From: Bacillota bacterium
GTDB lineage: Bacteria; Bacillota; Limnochordia; Darwinibacteriales; DTU012
NCBI GenBank assembly: GCA_012837335.1
Contig: DURM01000019.1
Location: 11,247-75,246 of the forward strand
Direction: 5' to 3'
Length of the DNA: 64,000 nucleotides
The position numbers were made by a program, and so were the translations under genes. The number at the start of each line of letters is the position of its first letter. Position 1 is the stretch's first letter. Shown in pieces: positions 51,917 through 62,180 of this stretch. The notes beneath the pieces are model-generated. The model was not told the origin of the DNA and made no database searches. It saw nothing but the letters and a program-made list of their open reading frames with translations.

Positions 51917-53371
51917 CTACCTGCCGAACAAGCCAAGGCGGTTGACAATTATCTCTAAGATCTGATCCATGGTTGTCATAAACCTGGCGGCGGATGCATA
52001 GGCATGCTGAAAGCGAATCATATCCGCCATTTCTTCATCCAGATTTACACCGGACACTGATTCCCGCATATTCTCCAAGTGATTCACCAGTGCTTCGCCA
52101 TTTTTTACCATCGAAGTGCCTTCTAAAGCGTCGACGCCGATTTTTGCAATCAAGGCGTTAAATGACTGAGCAATGGTGATTTCCCTGCCGACCATCGGAT
52201 TGTTCCGGAGCTGGGCAAGGGCTAAAGCGATTTCACCGTTACCGACTACGGTCTCCCCATTTTCCTGCCGGGAGCTGGCAGCAATTTCTCTTGCATCTTG
52301 CAGGGCAACTCTTATGCTAAGACTGGGATCATCTTCAGCAGTAACATTCCAAGAACCATCGACCGTTACAAAAAACGGCCTGCCGGTCCCGCCTTCCAGA
52401 TCATAGCCCTGCATGTGGATTGAATTCACATTATGCATAAAGTCTGCTGTCCACTGATTAAGCTCTGTAATATAATCCTGGATATAATCATCGCGGAAAT
52501 TCAAGATTCCTGCCAACTCGCCTTTATTAAACTCAGCCTTGGAGTTGGCTCCTTCCCACACTACTTCAACTCGATCATATTGAGGTATTATTGGGTCGTT
52601 AGATGAAACTACTTTCAGTTCAAAAACTTCCGTTCTCTGAACTAAAGTGGCCCCGCTGATGCTGACTGTAACTGAACCATACGTATCGGTTACAACTTCG
52701 ATATTAGTAAGCTCCGACAGTTCCTGCAGCAGTTGGTCGCGCTGATCCAGCAGATCGTTGGGCTGGTAGCCAGCGGCGTTCACCTTTACAATCTGGCGGT
52801 TTAAATCTGCGATCCGCTGCGCATAAGAATTAATCTCGCTGACCTTAACCTGCACGAGATTATTCATATTATCTCGCAGTTTTCCAAGCTGGAACCGGAC
52901 GTGCTGTACAGCTTCCGCCAAAACTTCGGCTCGCTGCAGCACCACGGAACGCACCGCTTCGTTTTCCGGACTTAAGCTTAAGTCCTGAAGTGAATCCCAG
53001 TACAGCTCTAAAGCATGATGAATACCATTGTCGGATGGTTCGTTAAAAATCAGTTCTACCTGCTCCAAACCATCGCTGATCGTCTGCCAATAGTTAACAT
53101 TGTGCTGCTCCTGCCGCAGCCGCATCTCCACAAAGTCATCACGCATACGAGTAATCTGAGCCACTTCCACCCCAGTTCCCAGCATACCATTAGCAGGATT
53201 ATGGGTAAATTGAGGTATGGGATACGGCATGCTGGGATTGTGAACCGCTACCTGACGGGAATATCCCTTCGTATTTGCATTGGCGATATTCTGGCCGACA
53301 GTGTCTAATGACATCTGCTGTGCCTGTAGGGCGCGGCGTGCAATTTCTATCCCACTGAATGTTGTTCGCAT
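51917..53371 (-). CDS. flgK: Flagellar hook-associated protein 1 FlgK
   Basis: Begins 'MRTTFSGIEIARRALQAQQMSLDTVGQNIANANTKGYSRQ' and ends with a FlgK C-terminal helical region. Confidence 0.85.
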   Translation of the reverse strand: MRTTFSGIEIARRALQAQQMSLDTVGQNIANANTKGYSRQVAVHNPSMPYPIPQFTHNPANGMLGTGVEVAQITRMRDDFVEMRLRQEQHNVNYWQTISDGLEQVELIFNEPSDNGIHHALELYWDSLQDLSLSPENEAVRSVVLQRAEVLAEAVQHVRFQLGKLRDNMNNLVQVKVSEINSYAQRIADLNRQIVKVNAAGYQPNDLLDQRDQLLQELSELTNIEVVTDTYGSVTVSISGATLVQRTEVFELKVVSSNDPIIPQYDRVEVVWEGANSKAEFNKGELAGILNFRDDYIQDYITELNQWTADFMHNVNSIHMQGYDLEGGTGRPFFVTVDGSWNVTAEDDPSLSIRVALQDAREIAASSRQENGETVVGNGEIALALAQLRNNPMVGREITIAQSFNALIAKIGVDALEGTSMVKNGEALVNHLENMRESVSGVNLDEEMADMIRFQHAYASAARFMTTMDQILEIIVNRLGLFGR

Positions 53372-53375
53372 AATG

Positions 53376-53822
53376 CTACACCTTTCGATCAATAATGGAT
53401 TTTTTCACAGTACGCGTGCCTGGTTTCGCATAGGTTAAGGGGGTTTCATCCACCAACAAGTTGAGGCTGTATTGAATAAAGGCCAGGGATTCCGCGATCA
53501 GCAGCTGATTAAGCTCATTAATTTCCTGAAGCTGGTGATATTTGCTTTTCAGCTGGTTTATTCTGTCTGCCAAATCCTGCTCATCGGTTGTTTCCAGCCA
53601 CTGAGCTAGACTTTGACCAGACGCAATCACATCAAATAACTGACAGCGTTCCTCCTCAGCCTGCTCCAGACTTGTCAGCAGTTCACGTTCTTGCTCAACA
53701 ACAGCAGTCAGCTGTTCGGTGTCGGAGATTATGGACTGTTTTTTAAGTCCACTCTCAATCAACCGATCTATTAGCACAGTTTCCCGCTCAATAACCTCTC
53801 TAAAAGCATCGATAACCTGCAT
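53376..53822 (-). CDS. flgN: FlgN-family flagellar chaperone
   Basis: 148 aa helical protein between flgM and flgK. Confidence 0.55.
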   Translation of the reverse strand: MQVIDAFREVIERETVLIDRLIESGLKKQSIISDTEQLTAVVEQERELLTSLEQAEEERCQLFDVIASGQSLAQWLETTDEQDLADRINQLKSKYHQLQEINELNQLLIAESLAFIQYSLNLLVDETPLTYAKPGTRTVKKSIIDRKV

Positions 53823-53823
53823 T

Positions 53824-54099
53824 TTATAACCTCTGTCTGTAATATTTAATAATGCTTGCGGCTATGTCTTCGCCTTTAACATGGTATGTTCCCGATGAAA
53901 CAGCGCTTTTCAGTTCCTCAGCTCTGGTGCTTACTTCTGCTGTTGTGGCTTGCTGTAAAATAGCCTGCAGCTGTTTACCCTCGCTGGAAAGGGTCACTTT
54001 ATCACCGTACTCCGCTTTCTTATCGCGGGTTCTCTCAATTTTGGTCTGTTCATTATAGATTCTGCTGATGCGCTGCACCGATTTATTTGAGATATACAT
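53824..54099 (-). CDS. flgM: Anti-sigma-28 factor FlgM
   Basis: 91 aa. C-terminal 'VSSGTYHVKGEDIAASII' matches the FlgM sigma-28-binding helix. Confidence 0.7.
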   Translation of the reverse strand: MYISNKSVQRISRIYNEQTKIERTRDKKAEYGDKVTLSSEGKQLQAILQQATTAEVSTRAEELKSAVSSGTYHVKGEDIAASIIKYYRQRL

Positions 54100-54160
54100 C
54101 CTGTACTCCCCCCTTATCCCAATTATCGGTCAAATTGTCTCGGTTCTTTAGTCTAATCGA

Positions 54161-54553
54161 CTATTTATTGCGTTTCTGTTTTTCCATGTACTCCAAAAGA
54201 TGCATCTTCGCCCTCTTATCGAAACTGTCAAGTGGTGGCGCTGTTTTATCGGATAGATCCTGCTCGCACTTGCCGCAGATGCGTCCTGAAGAAATCTCAA
54301 CGCCGCAGATCTGGCAGTGGACAACCGCATCGACAGGTATAATTCTAAGGCGCCCTTCATCAATAAATTCCCTTACTCGCTCCCACGCTACTTCGGTTTC
54401 GTTTACAACCTCTTGGATCGTAGCTTTTGGATTCTGGCGCAGATACTGTTTTACTTTATCGAACTGCTCACTGCGATTTTTTGTGCAGCTCGGACACAGT
54501 TTATTAACCGCATGAACAAACACTTGGTTGCATTCTATACAATTGCGAAGCAC
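54161..54553 (-). CDS. Flagellar-operon zinc-ribbon protein (YvyF/TIGR03826-like)
   Basis: 130 aa. Two CxxC pairs at each end ('CIECNQ...CPSC', 'CQICGVEISSGRICGKC') and a position upstream of flgM. Confidence 0.55.
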   Translation of the reverse strand: MLRNCIECNQVFVHAVNKLCPSCTKNRSEQFDKVKQYLRQNPKATIQEVVNETEVAWERVREFIDEGRLRIIPVDAVVHCQICGVEISSGRICGKCEQDLSDKTAPPLDSFDKRAKMHLLEYMEKQKRNK

Positions 54554-54573
54554 AGCAACTCCTCCTTTACCTT

Positions 54574-55224
54574 TCAGCCGCTTTTGGCTAAAAAAAGTCC
54601 GATAGGGATACCACGGCAGCGGGCTATTAAGTCAGCTAGCGAAAAAAATGTTGCTCCGGTAGTAAAGATATCGTCAATAATGAGAAAATGTTTACCTTTG
54701 ACTAGAGTGGGATCACTAAGTGAAAACGCATTCTGCAAGTTTTTAAAGCGCTGCGGTGGCGAGAGTAAACTTTGGGGTTCGGTTGGTTTATGGCGAAAGG
54801 CTTCATAAGTAGGGCGCCGCCAAACGCGGTTGATTCCTTCAGCCAAGGCTTCGGCCTGATTAAAGCCTCTCTTGTGAAGACGATCAATATGCAGTGGAAC
54901 GGGCAGAAAATAATCAATTACTGCCAGTCCAGCTTCTTCTTTGGCGGCCAATCCTAAAACCTCTCCTAAGGCCACCGCTATTTGATACTGGTTTTGATAT
55001 TTGACCTGATATAGAAGCTGCTGCAGATAATCATGATAATAGCAGAGGACATAACCCTCATAGCGACTTAAGTTTAATTTTTGAAAATCAGGATTTATTC
55101 TCTGTACACAGTCACGGCAGATCGGCAGTCCATCTGGCAGAACCCTTGTCCGGCAGAGCGGACAAAGCGGTGGTGTTGGGTAGAGCAATTCAGATAATTC
55201 CCGAAGCCATACTCTCAGACTCAT
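54574..55224 (-). CDS. comFC: ComF-family protein (ComFC-like phosphoribosyltransferase)
   Basis: N-terminal Cys-rich segment and a PRTase motif 'FLIIDDIFTTGAT'. Confidence 0.75.
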   Translation of the reverse strand: MSLRVWLRELSELLYPTPPLCPLCRTRVLPDGLPICRDCVQRINPDFQKLNLSRYEGYVLCYYHDYLQQLLYQVKYQNQYQIAVALGEVLGLAAKEEAGLAVIDYFLPVPLHIDRLHKRGFNQAEALAEGINRVWRRPTYEAFRHKPTEPQSLLSPPQRFKNLQNAFSLSDPTLVKGKHFLIIDDIFTTGATFFSLADLIARCRGIPIGLFLAKSG

Positions 55225-56969
55225 CGGGACTCCACCCCTTTTAATAAACCCTGCTCTGCCGCCTGCCTGTTTAAGTAGGTAATTCGTTTTTGAGCGGTTT
55301 TCATTGCATCAGTAATTCTGCCGCCGATAAACCAGACTTCTCCATCAGGATGCTCTGCCTTCCTGCCGGCTCTGCCTGCCATCTGGATTAAAGAATTGGA
55401 GTCGAAAAGAACATGATCGCTGTAAAGCACCATGACCTGGACATCTGCCAAAGTGATCCCCCGCTCCATAATTGAAGTGGCTGCCATCACCTGGTATTCC
55501 CCAGATGCAAAGTCTGCTATTTTTTGATCCCGCTGGGGATCAGCCGCCCAACTGCCGCAGACCCTGCGGTTCAGGACAGCTGCTAGTACTTTGGTCAGCT
55601 GCTTAACTGCCTGAACCGTCGGAGCAAAAATCAGCCATGGCGACTGATTGCTCTCAATAATGGAGACAACCTGCTCTGGCAGACCCTTATCAGCTAATTG
55701 GTTTAATTCAGGTAATTTTATTTTTAAGAATCGAGGTTCCGGCAGCGGCCATCCATGATAGCGAGCCGGAATTGTAATCACCGCGCTTGTGCGTAAGCTT
55801 CGGGGAGTTGCTGTCATTTCCACCAATTTACCATCAGCAGTCAGTGAACGTTTAATGGCAAAACGCAGCATCTCGCTCCCGTGATAGGGAAAGGCATCCA
55901 CTTCATCTAAAACGACCAGATCAAAACAGCGGTAAAACCGCAGCGCTTGATGGGTTGTAGCAATTGTCAGCTGACCCTGCTGCTGCCAGGGCTGTCCGCC
56001 ATAATGAACTGCGATTTCAGTATCTGGGAACGCTTTCCTTAATCGCTCTGCAAGCTCCCGCACTACATCACGGCGGGGGATTGCAAACATGACCTTACTG
56101 CCGCGGCTGAGCGCGGTTTGAATGGCTGCAAAAGTAACCTCTGTTTTTCCTGCACCGCAGGCTGCCCACACCAAGACTTTTTTCTTGTCGCTGTGGATAA
56201 AGTCCACAAGTTCACTGCTGGCCCGCCGCTGAGCAGGAGTAAGCTCAAAGTCTAAATGCAGTTTAGGTAATTGCTGAAAATCATCTGCGGGCACTAAAGG
56301 ACCAGCACGCTCCGGTTTATCCAGAACCCATAATCTTGTGCAGCCGCGAACTGGTCCCAAAGAATCACAGGTGGTGCAGATCGGACAATCCGGCCGCCCG
56401 CAGAAGGGACAGGGCCGTACTTCTGTAACTGAGGAATTGCAGCGCATACAGCGGGCTTCTCCCCAGGAGGTTTTAGTCACGCCCGGAAAGCACTCAATTA
56501 CTCCCATGCGCAAACCCCAATCTAAAACCCTCCGGATGTCTGCAGGCCACCAACCGCTGGCTCTAAGAGCCTGTTCCAAAAGATTATCCGGAAGCAGGCG
56601 ACCGTCGAGAAGCAGCTTGAGTTCGCTGAGCAGCTCCAATCTCTGCTCCTCATCCAACCGCCACTGCTCGTAGATCGATTCAGGAACTTCAACCGGATAA
56701 CCCGGATAAGCCAAACCTAATCTGCGCCGCACCAACCAAACTACTGCACTCGGCCAGGCAAACTTCTTCCAAACCCAGTTTAAACGCCCGCGCATCACTT
56801 CAATCTGACTGCGCATGAAAAAGACCTCATCAGCCGCAAGAGGTGGGGTAAGAGCATAAACTCTTCCGCGCCCATCATGATCTGGTTTGAACCAGCGCGG
56901 TTCCTCACAAATATGAAATTTTAACTCGGTTTCAGGAGTCAGTCGCACTAATAGTTGCAATTTTGCCAT
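55221..56969 (-). CDS. comFA: ComFA-like DEAD/DEAH-box helicase
   Basis: Zinc-finger cluster ('CMRCNSS...CPFCGRPDCPIC'), Walker A 'AACGAGKTEV', 'LDEVDAF', helicase C motifs. Confidence 0.75.
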   Translation of the reverse strand: MAKLQLLVRLTPETELKFHICEEPRWFKPDHDGRGRVYALTPPLAADEVFFMRSQIEVMRGRLNWVWKKFAWPSAVVWLVRRRLGLAYPGYPVEVPESIYEQWRLDEEQRLELLSELKLLLDGRLLPDNLLEQALRASGWWPADIRRVLDWGLRMGVIECFPGVTKTSWGEARCMRCNSSVTEVRPCPFCGRPDCPICTTCDSLGPVRGCTRLWVLDKPERAGPLVPADDFQQLPKLHLDFELTPAQRRASSELVDFIHSDKKKVLVWAACGAGKTEVTFAAIQTALSRGSKVMFAIPRRDVVRELAERLRKAFPDTEIAVHYGGQPWQQQGQLTIATTHQALRFYRCFDLVVLDEVDAFPYHGSEMLRFAIKRSLTADGKLVEMTATPRSLRTSAVITIPARYHGWPLPEPRFLKIKLPELNQLADKGLPEQVVSIIESNQSPWLIFAPTVQAVKQLTKVLAAVLNRRVCGSWAADPQRDQKIADFASGEYQVMAATSIMERGITLADVQVMVLYSDHVLFDSNSLIQMAGRAGRKAEHPDGEVWFIGGRITDAMKTAQKRITYLNRQAAEQGLLKGVESR

Positions 56970-57037
56970 AAATCTTCCTCCGAAACCTCTTCTCTTGGGT
57001 GCATACTATTCATTCGCCATTCTGCCATTTTTACCCT

Positions 57038-57076
57038 GCAAAAAACAGAAAACGACTCTTACGAGCCGTTTTTCTG
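57038..57076 (-). terminator. Probable terminator after LuxR-type gene
   Basis: Imperfect hairpin CAGAAAACG...CGUUUU(U)CUG followed by UUUUUUGCAGGG on the minus strand. Confidence 0.35.
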
Positions 57077-57077
57077 A

Positions 57078-57374
57078 TTAGTCAAGCTTAACTAACCCAT
57101 GCCGGACAGCCAACAAAGCAATCTGCGTGCGGTCATCCATCTCCAGCTTGTGGTAGATGTTGCTGACATGGTTTTTAACAGTGTGCTTGCTGATGTGCAG
57201 ACACGCAGCAATCTCATTGTTATTGTAACCCCGCGCTACCAGTGACAGAACTTCTTTTTCTCTTGGCGTCAATAAGTCCAGCAATTTTGCTTTGTCATTG
57301 GCTTCCTCCCCGGGAGGCGGACAATTCTGTTTACGATTATTAGCAGACACAACATGACCCCCCGTCTGTTTCAT
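57078..57374 (-). CDS. LuxR/GerE-family HTH transcriptional regulator (stand-alone HTH)
   Basis: 98 aa ('LTPREKEVLSLVARGYNNNEIAACLHISKHTVKNHVSNIYHKL'). Confidence 0.7.
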   Translation of the reverse strand: MKQTGGHVVSANNRKQNCPPPGEEANDKAKLLDLLTPREKEVLSLVARGYNNNEIAACLHISKHTVKNHVSNIYHKLEMDDRTQIALLAVRHGLVKLD

Positions 57375-57409
57375 CTGTTGGTCAGTACATCGTATTCACA
57401 GCTAGAGCG

Positions 57410-57772
57410 TTATGTTCTAGTACTCAGGAGGAGGTCCCCTAATTCTGTGCAAGAATGGGAAACGGTTCCTATCGGCAGTTCTAAGACCCAGCGAGCACCA
57501 GCCACATAGGGACCACACCTGCCGGGGACAAGCTCATGGATCTTCATGACGCGGTTGGATTGATCCAAATACAGAACTTCCACTGCTATCCGCATCCCAA
57601 ACCCATGCACCATACTGCAGGGAATCAGCAGCAGACCTTCTCCCCTGCAAAGCTCAGCAGCACCCAGCAGTCCCTTCAGGCGGAGCAGAAAAGTATCAGC
57701 TATTCGGATCTCTGTTCCTAAACATGTGCCTTTAGTGGCATTGAGAATCTGAATCTTTTTCATTATAATCAC
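57410..57772 (-). CDS. DUF192-family protein (COG1430)
   Basis: 120 aa ('LLLIPCSMVHGFGMRIAVEVLYLD'). Confidence 0.5.
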   Translation of the reverse strand: MIIMKKIQILNATKGTCLGTEIRIADTFLLRLKGLLGAAELCRGEGLLLIPCSMVHGFGMRIAVEVLYLDQSNRVMKIHELVPGRCGPYVAGARWVLELPIGTVSHSCTELGDLLLSTRT

Positions 57773-57781
57773 CCGAAAAAA

Positions 57782-58693
57782 TTAGAAAACTGCAAGAAAC
57801 TGCAGAACAGCCGGTCCCAACAGCACAATAAATAGCGAGGGAAATACCAGTGTTACTAAAGGCAGCAGCATCTTGATCGGTGCTTTCATCGCCTCTTCTT
57901 CAGCTTTCTGCCGCCGCTGTCTTCGGATTTCCTGCGCTTGAATTCTCAGCACTTTACTGATACTCACGCCCAGCTGATCTGCCTGGACAACCGCAGCGGC
58001 AAAATTTTGGAGATACAGGACACCGGTGCGTTCACCTAAATCTCGGAGAGCGTCCCGGCGTGCTTTTCCAATCCGCATTTCAGACAGCATCCGCCGCAGC
58101 TCATCAGCTAACGGACCTTCCTTTTTTTCGACCACCTTGGCAACGGCTGCATCAAATCCCAGACCAGCCTCAACGCTTACTGTAAGAAGATCCAGCAGAT
58201 CTGGCACAGCCAGAGAAACAGCTATCTGTCTTGCCTTAATCTTCTGGCGGAGATACAAGTCTGGAATAACCCAAGCCGAAGCGGTAAACACAAACACGTG
58301 CATAAAAGTAGGAGAGAGCATAACTACAGCCGCCGCTGTTAGGCCGGTAATGGTCAGCTTAAGTACCATGAACTCTTGAGCCTTCAATCCGCCCGGATTA
58401 CCCGCTAAAACCAGCTGCCGGTTGAGCTTTTCCCATCTCCGATCCTGTTTTTTTACTGAAAACAAACTAGCAAGCCTAGTTAAAGTTCTTCTTATCAGCC
58501 CTACTTCGCCCACGGTTTGGTCGACTGCTTTCTGCTCTTCACCTACTATCCCGTACAGCTTTATACGCTCGGCTTCCGCCTCGGCTAGCTGCCGCTGCCG
58601 ATAAGCGGAATAAACAGCTAAACTGATCGAGAGAAAAACTAACCCTGAAATCCATAAAGCCACGTGAATCCTCCTACACCCGAATATTGACAA
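57782..58693 (-). CDS. tadC: Tad/Flp pilus assembly inner-membrane protein TadC (T2SS-F family)
   Basis: 303 aa. N-terminal TM, GspF-like domain, C-terminal TM pair. Confidence 0.7.
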   Translation of the reverse strand: MSIFGCRRIHVALWISGLVFLSISLAVYSAYRQRQLAEAEAERIKLYGIVGEEQKAVDQTVGEVGLIRRTLTRLASLFSVKKQDRRWEKLNRQLVLAGNPGGLKAQEFMVLKLTITGLTAAAVVMLSPTFMHVFVFTASAWVIPDLYLRQKIKARQIAVSLAVPDLLDLLTVSVEAGLGFDAAVAKVVEKKEGPLADELRRMLSEMRIGKARRDALRDLGERTGVLYLQNFAAAVVQADQLGVSISKVLRIQAQEIRRQRRQKAEEEAMKAPIKMLLPLVTLVFPSLFIVLLGPAVLQFLAVF

Positions 58694-59666
58694 TCCTGCG
58701 GATTAAAAAAGCAGCGGCTGCCTGTCCTCCTAAACCAACAATCAGCATTGCCCTGCCCAGCGGTTCCGAGAATAAAGGGCGGATATAATCAGGATTGAGC
58801 AGGTAAATAAAAATGGTAAGTGCAAAGGGCAGAGCGGAAATCACCAGACCGGATATGCGTCCTTGAGCCGTTAGTGTGCTGATTTCTCCTTTGATGCGGA
58901 TCCTTTCCCTAATGGTACCAGCGATCGAATCTAAGATCTCCGAAAGATTACCCCCTACCTGCCTCTGAATCAAGACTGCGGTCACTACCAATTCTAAGTC
59001 ATCACTTACTACACGCTTAACCAAATTTTCCAGCGCAAATTCTGTGTCTGCTCCCAAACTCATTTCCTTGTTGACCAGAGCAAACTCCTCCGCCAGAGGC
59101 GGTTCAGACTCCCGGGCGATCAGCTCAACAGCTTGAAAAAAACTGCAGCCCGCTTTCAAAGAATTGGCAATTGCAGCTAATACCTCTGGCAGCTGCTGCT
59201 CTACCTGTTTGCTCCGCTGACTCTGTCTCCATCTTACATAAACCGAAGGCGCTAATGCCGCCAATACTGCCAGGAGCAGACACTGCTCCAAACTCACGCT
59301 AAATCCCAGCAAAACTAAGGGCGAGAAACCAAGCAGGGCATTCAAAATCAGGAATTCTCCGGCTGACAGCGAAATTCCAGCCCTGACCAGTTCTAAGGCC
59401 AGCTGCCGTGACGGCTTGATATTCAGCTTTTGATTAATCTGTCCCAACAGCCGCTGAACTCTAGTTAACAGCTCGTCTTCATCTGATTCATCTTCTGCGT
59501 ATCCATTTAAGCCGTGCTGAGGCATCAACTCATAAATGCGGCGGTCGAGCAGATGTTTTTGCTGCAATCTTCCAGCAGCAGCAAAGCAGATAAGAACTAC
59601 AGCACAGAACACTAAAGCTGCGCAAAATAAAGGCATCAATATGCTCACCCCGATCATGCTGCTCAT
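58674..59666 (-). CDS. tadB: Tad/Flp pilus assembly inner-membrane protein TadB (T2SS-F family)
   Basis: 330 aa with the same T2SS-F topology, adjacent to cpaF. Confidence 0.7.
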   Translation of the reverse strand: MSSMIGVSILMPLFCAALVFCAVVLICFAAAGRLQQKHLLDRRIYELMPQHGLNGYAEDESDEDELLTRVQRLLGQINQKLNIKPSRQLALELVRAGISLSAGEFLILNALLGFSPLVLLGFSVSLEQCLLLAVLAALAPSVYVRWRQSQRSKQVEQQLPEVLAAIANSLKAGCSFFQAVELIARESEPPLAEEFALVNKEMSLGADTEFALENLVKRVVSDDLELVVTAVLIQRQVGGNLSEILDSIAGTIRERIRIKGEISTLTAQGRISGLVISALPFALTIFIYLLNPDYIRPLFSEPLGRAMLIVGLGGQAAAAFLIRRIVNIRV

Positions 59667-60985
59667 TAAATGAATAAGTTAATCGGCAGCTGAATTCCAT
59701 TATCCGCAATTTTCTCGGCACACCGCGGTCTGATTCCAGTCGGCCGCAGCACTCCCCGCTCAAAAACAAAGATATCCTGCATAGTGATTACCTCACCTTC
59801 AATTCCCTGGACCTCAGTAATCTGAGTAATCTTCCGAGACCCATCTTTTAACCGAGCCTGCTGGATAATCAGATCAATTGCCGATGCAATCTGCTCCCGG
59901 ATTGCCCGCACCGGCAGATCCACACCAGCCATCAGAACCATGGTTTCCAGCCGCGCGAGCATATCCCGAGGACTGTTGGCATGGCCGGTGGTCATGGAAC
60001 CATCATGCCCGGTATTCATTGCCTGAAGCATATCCAGAGCTTCACCGCCCCGAACTTCACCAATGACAATCCGATCCGGGCGCATTCGCAGGGAGTTGCG
60101 CACCAAATCTCGGATTGCCACTGCCCCCCTCCCCTCAATATTAGGAGGACGGCTCTCCAGCGAAACAACATGAGTCTGCCTGAGCTGCAGCTCAGCTGCG
60201 TCTTCGATGGTAATAATCCGTTCTTCCGCCGGAATGAACGAAGACAGCACATTTAGCAGTGTTGTCTTTCCACTTCCGGTTCCCCCGGAAACCACGATAT
60301 TTAATCTAGCCTTGACGCAGGCCTCGATGAACTCAGCCATCTCTAGCGTGAGGGTGCCGAAGTTAATTAGGTCTTCTATTGTTAGGGGATCGGCTGCAAA
60401 CTTCCGGATTGTAATCGTTGGACCGTTGAGCGCTAACGGCGGAATAATCGCGTTGACACGGGAACCATCAGGCAGCCGTGCATCCACCATGGGACTGCTT
60501 TCATCAATTCGTCTTCCCAGCGGTGCAACGATTTTATCGATAATATGCAGCACATGCTCATGGTCACGAAAAGTAATGTCTGTCAGCTCTAATCGTCCGC
60601 TCCGCTCAACAAAAACTTGCTTAGGTCCATTTACCATGACCTCCGAAATATCCGGATTGAGAATCAAGGAATTAATCGGCCCAAAGCCGGTAACCTCGTC
60701 AATAATATCCTGGAGCAGCTGTAGGTTCTCAGCGCGGGACAAGTTCGCCTGCTCTTCATGGATAACCCGCTGAACAACCTGCTCAACCTTGGTTTTTAAT
60801 TCTTGGTTTTTATCATTCTGGTCGGCGCTTTTCAGCAGTTTACTGTCAATTTCACTTACCAGCTGCTCATGAATGCGGCCTTTGAGGACAATTAAAGGAT
60901 CGCGTGGGTTGGTACTCCCGGAACTTGCCGGCTGATTCTGGCCAGCTTGATCTTTATGCCGTTCTAGTCGTGCCAATAATGACAT
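59666..60985 (-). CDS. cpaF: Tad/Flp pilus assembly ATPase CpaF/TadA
   Basis: Walker A '[11 protein letters not shown]', '[11 protein letters not shown]', '[38 protein letters not shown]', diagnostic of CpaF. Confidence 0.9.
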   Translation of the reverse strand: MSLLARLERHKDQAGQNQPASSGSTNPRDPLIVLKGRIHEQLVSEIDSKLLKSADQNDKNQELKTKVEQVVQRVIHEEQANLSRAENLQLLQDIIDEVTGFGPINSLILNPDISEVMVNGPKQVFVERSGRLELTDITFRDHEHVLHIIDKIVAPLGRRIDESSPMVDARLPDGSRVNAIIPPLALNGPTITIRKFAADPLTIEDLINFGTLTLEMAEFIEACVKARLNIVVSGGTGSGKTTLLNVLSSFIPAEERIITIEDAAELQLRQTHVVSLESRPPNIEGRGAVAIRDLVRNSLRMRPDRIVIGEVRGGEALDMLQAMNTGHDGSMTTGHANSPRDMLARLETMVLMAGVDLPVRAIREQIASAIDLIIQQARLKDGSRKITQITEVQGIEGEVITMQDIFVFERGVLRPTGIRPRCAEKIADNGIQLPINLFI

Positions 60986-60989
60986 ATGA

Positions 60990-62180
60990 TCATCCTTTTC
61001 TTGTGAACAGCGTGCCGGCAAACGGCAGCATTTTTTTTGGTTCATAAATACCTAATATATCCTTACTCATCTGTTCTAAAGCGCGTCCCAGTTTTGACCG
61101 GGGATTTAAGTCCACAATCGGAATGCCCTGCACACAGGCTTGATAAGCAAGTCTCGGATCATAAGGCAGCGCCCGCCAAACCGGATAATTGAGATGGCTG
61201 CTGAACTGTTCCAGCCGAATTCCCTCAGCACCAACCTTGTTAGCAGTTACTTTAACTTTCGCTGCCAAATTCAGTTTCGCTAAAACATCTAAACAGCGGC
61301 GGATGTTTTTTAGATTAGCTAAGTCAGGTGTTCCCGCAAGCAGGATATGGTCTGCTGTTTCAAGAGCTTGCAGAGTCGTTTCTTGGAAAAACTGGGGTGT
61401 GTCGATCACAATAAAATCAGCAAGGGATTTTAACTCTTTTAAAATCTGAGCGATATGTTCAGCGGTAATTAACTCTCCTTCTTCAGGAACCTCCGGGGCT
61501 GCGAGAATTCTAAGACCTGGTCCAGCTTCAAGCAGATAATCTACAGCCGCAGGGCAGCCATCAGCGAACCAGTCAGAAATAGAGTGTTGGACGGCAAGAT
61601 CCAGCATCAGCGGCACATCGCCAAACTGCAGATCAAAATCGACAAGGATCACTTCGTGATTCTGCTTGGCTAAGGCAGCCGCAAGATTGACGGCAATCGT
61701 AGTCTTCCCTACTCCCCCTTTGGCGCTGAAAACTGCGATTGTCTCCGCACTGCGCGTTGGTTTTTCCACTATCTCATGGCGACTGCGCCGGGCGCATTCC
61801 AGCTGCCAAACGCGGTTGATAGTATTAATCAGCTCATCGCCGCTGAAGGGCTTAGTTAGATAATCTCTAGCGCCTGCTGCCATCGCTCGGCGCAGATACT
61901 CCTGCTCTTCCTGCACACTGATTACAATGGTCAAGCATTCAGGAGCTGCTTGATAAATCTGCTCGGCTGCGCTGATACCATCCAATCCGGGCATGTTGAT
62001 GTCCATTAAGATGCAGTCTGGCTTGAGATCTCGCGCCACTTCCACCGCTTCGCTGCCATCAGCTGCTTCACCGATAACCGCGATATTATCTGCAAAAGCC
62101 AGCAGCTTTCTAATATTGCTCCTAGTTTCAGCTGTATCATCAACAATCACTACTCTGATCTTATCTGGTTCCATCACCAC
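60990..62180 (-). CDS. cpaE: CpaE-like pilus-assembly ATPase with N-terminal response-regulator receiver domain
   Basis: REC domain with acidic pocket and phospho-acceptor Asp ('VVIVDDT...ILMDINMPGLDG'), then a ParA/MinD deviant Walker A 'SAKGGVGKTT'. Confidence 0.8.
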   Translation of the reverse strand: MVMEPDKIRVVIVDDTAETRSNIRKLLAFADNIAVIGEAADGSEAVEVARDLKPDCILMDINMPGLDGISAAEQIYQAAPECLTIVISVQEEQEYLRRAMAAGARDYLTKPFSGDELINTINRVWQLECARRSRHEIVEKPTRSAETIAVFSAKGGVGKTTIAVNLAAALAKQNHEVILVDFDLQFGDVPLMLDLAVQHSISDWFADGCPAAVDYLLEAGPGLRILAAPEVPEEGELITAEHIAQILKELKSLADFIVIDTPQFFQETTLQALETADHILLAGTPDLANLKNIRRCLDVLAKLNLAAKVKVTANKVGAEGIRLEQFSSHLNYPVWRALPYDPRLAYQACVQGIPIVDLNPRSKLGRALEQMSKDILGIYEPKKMLPFAGTLFTRKG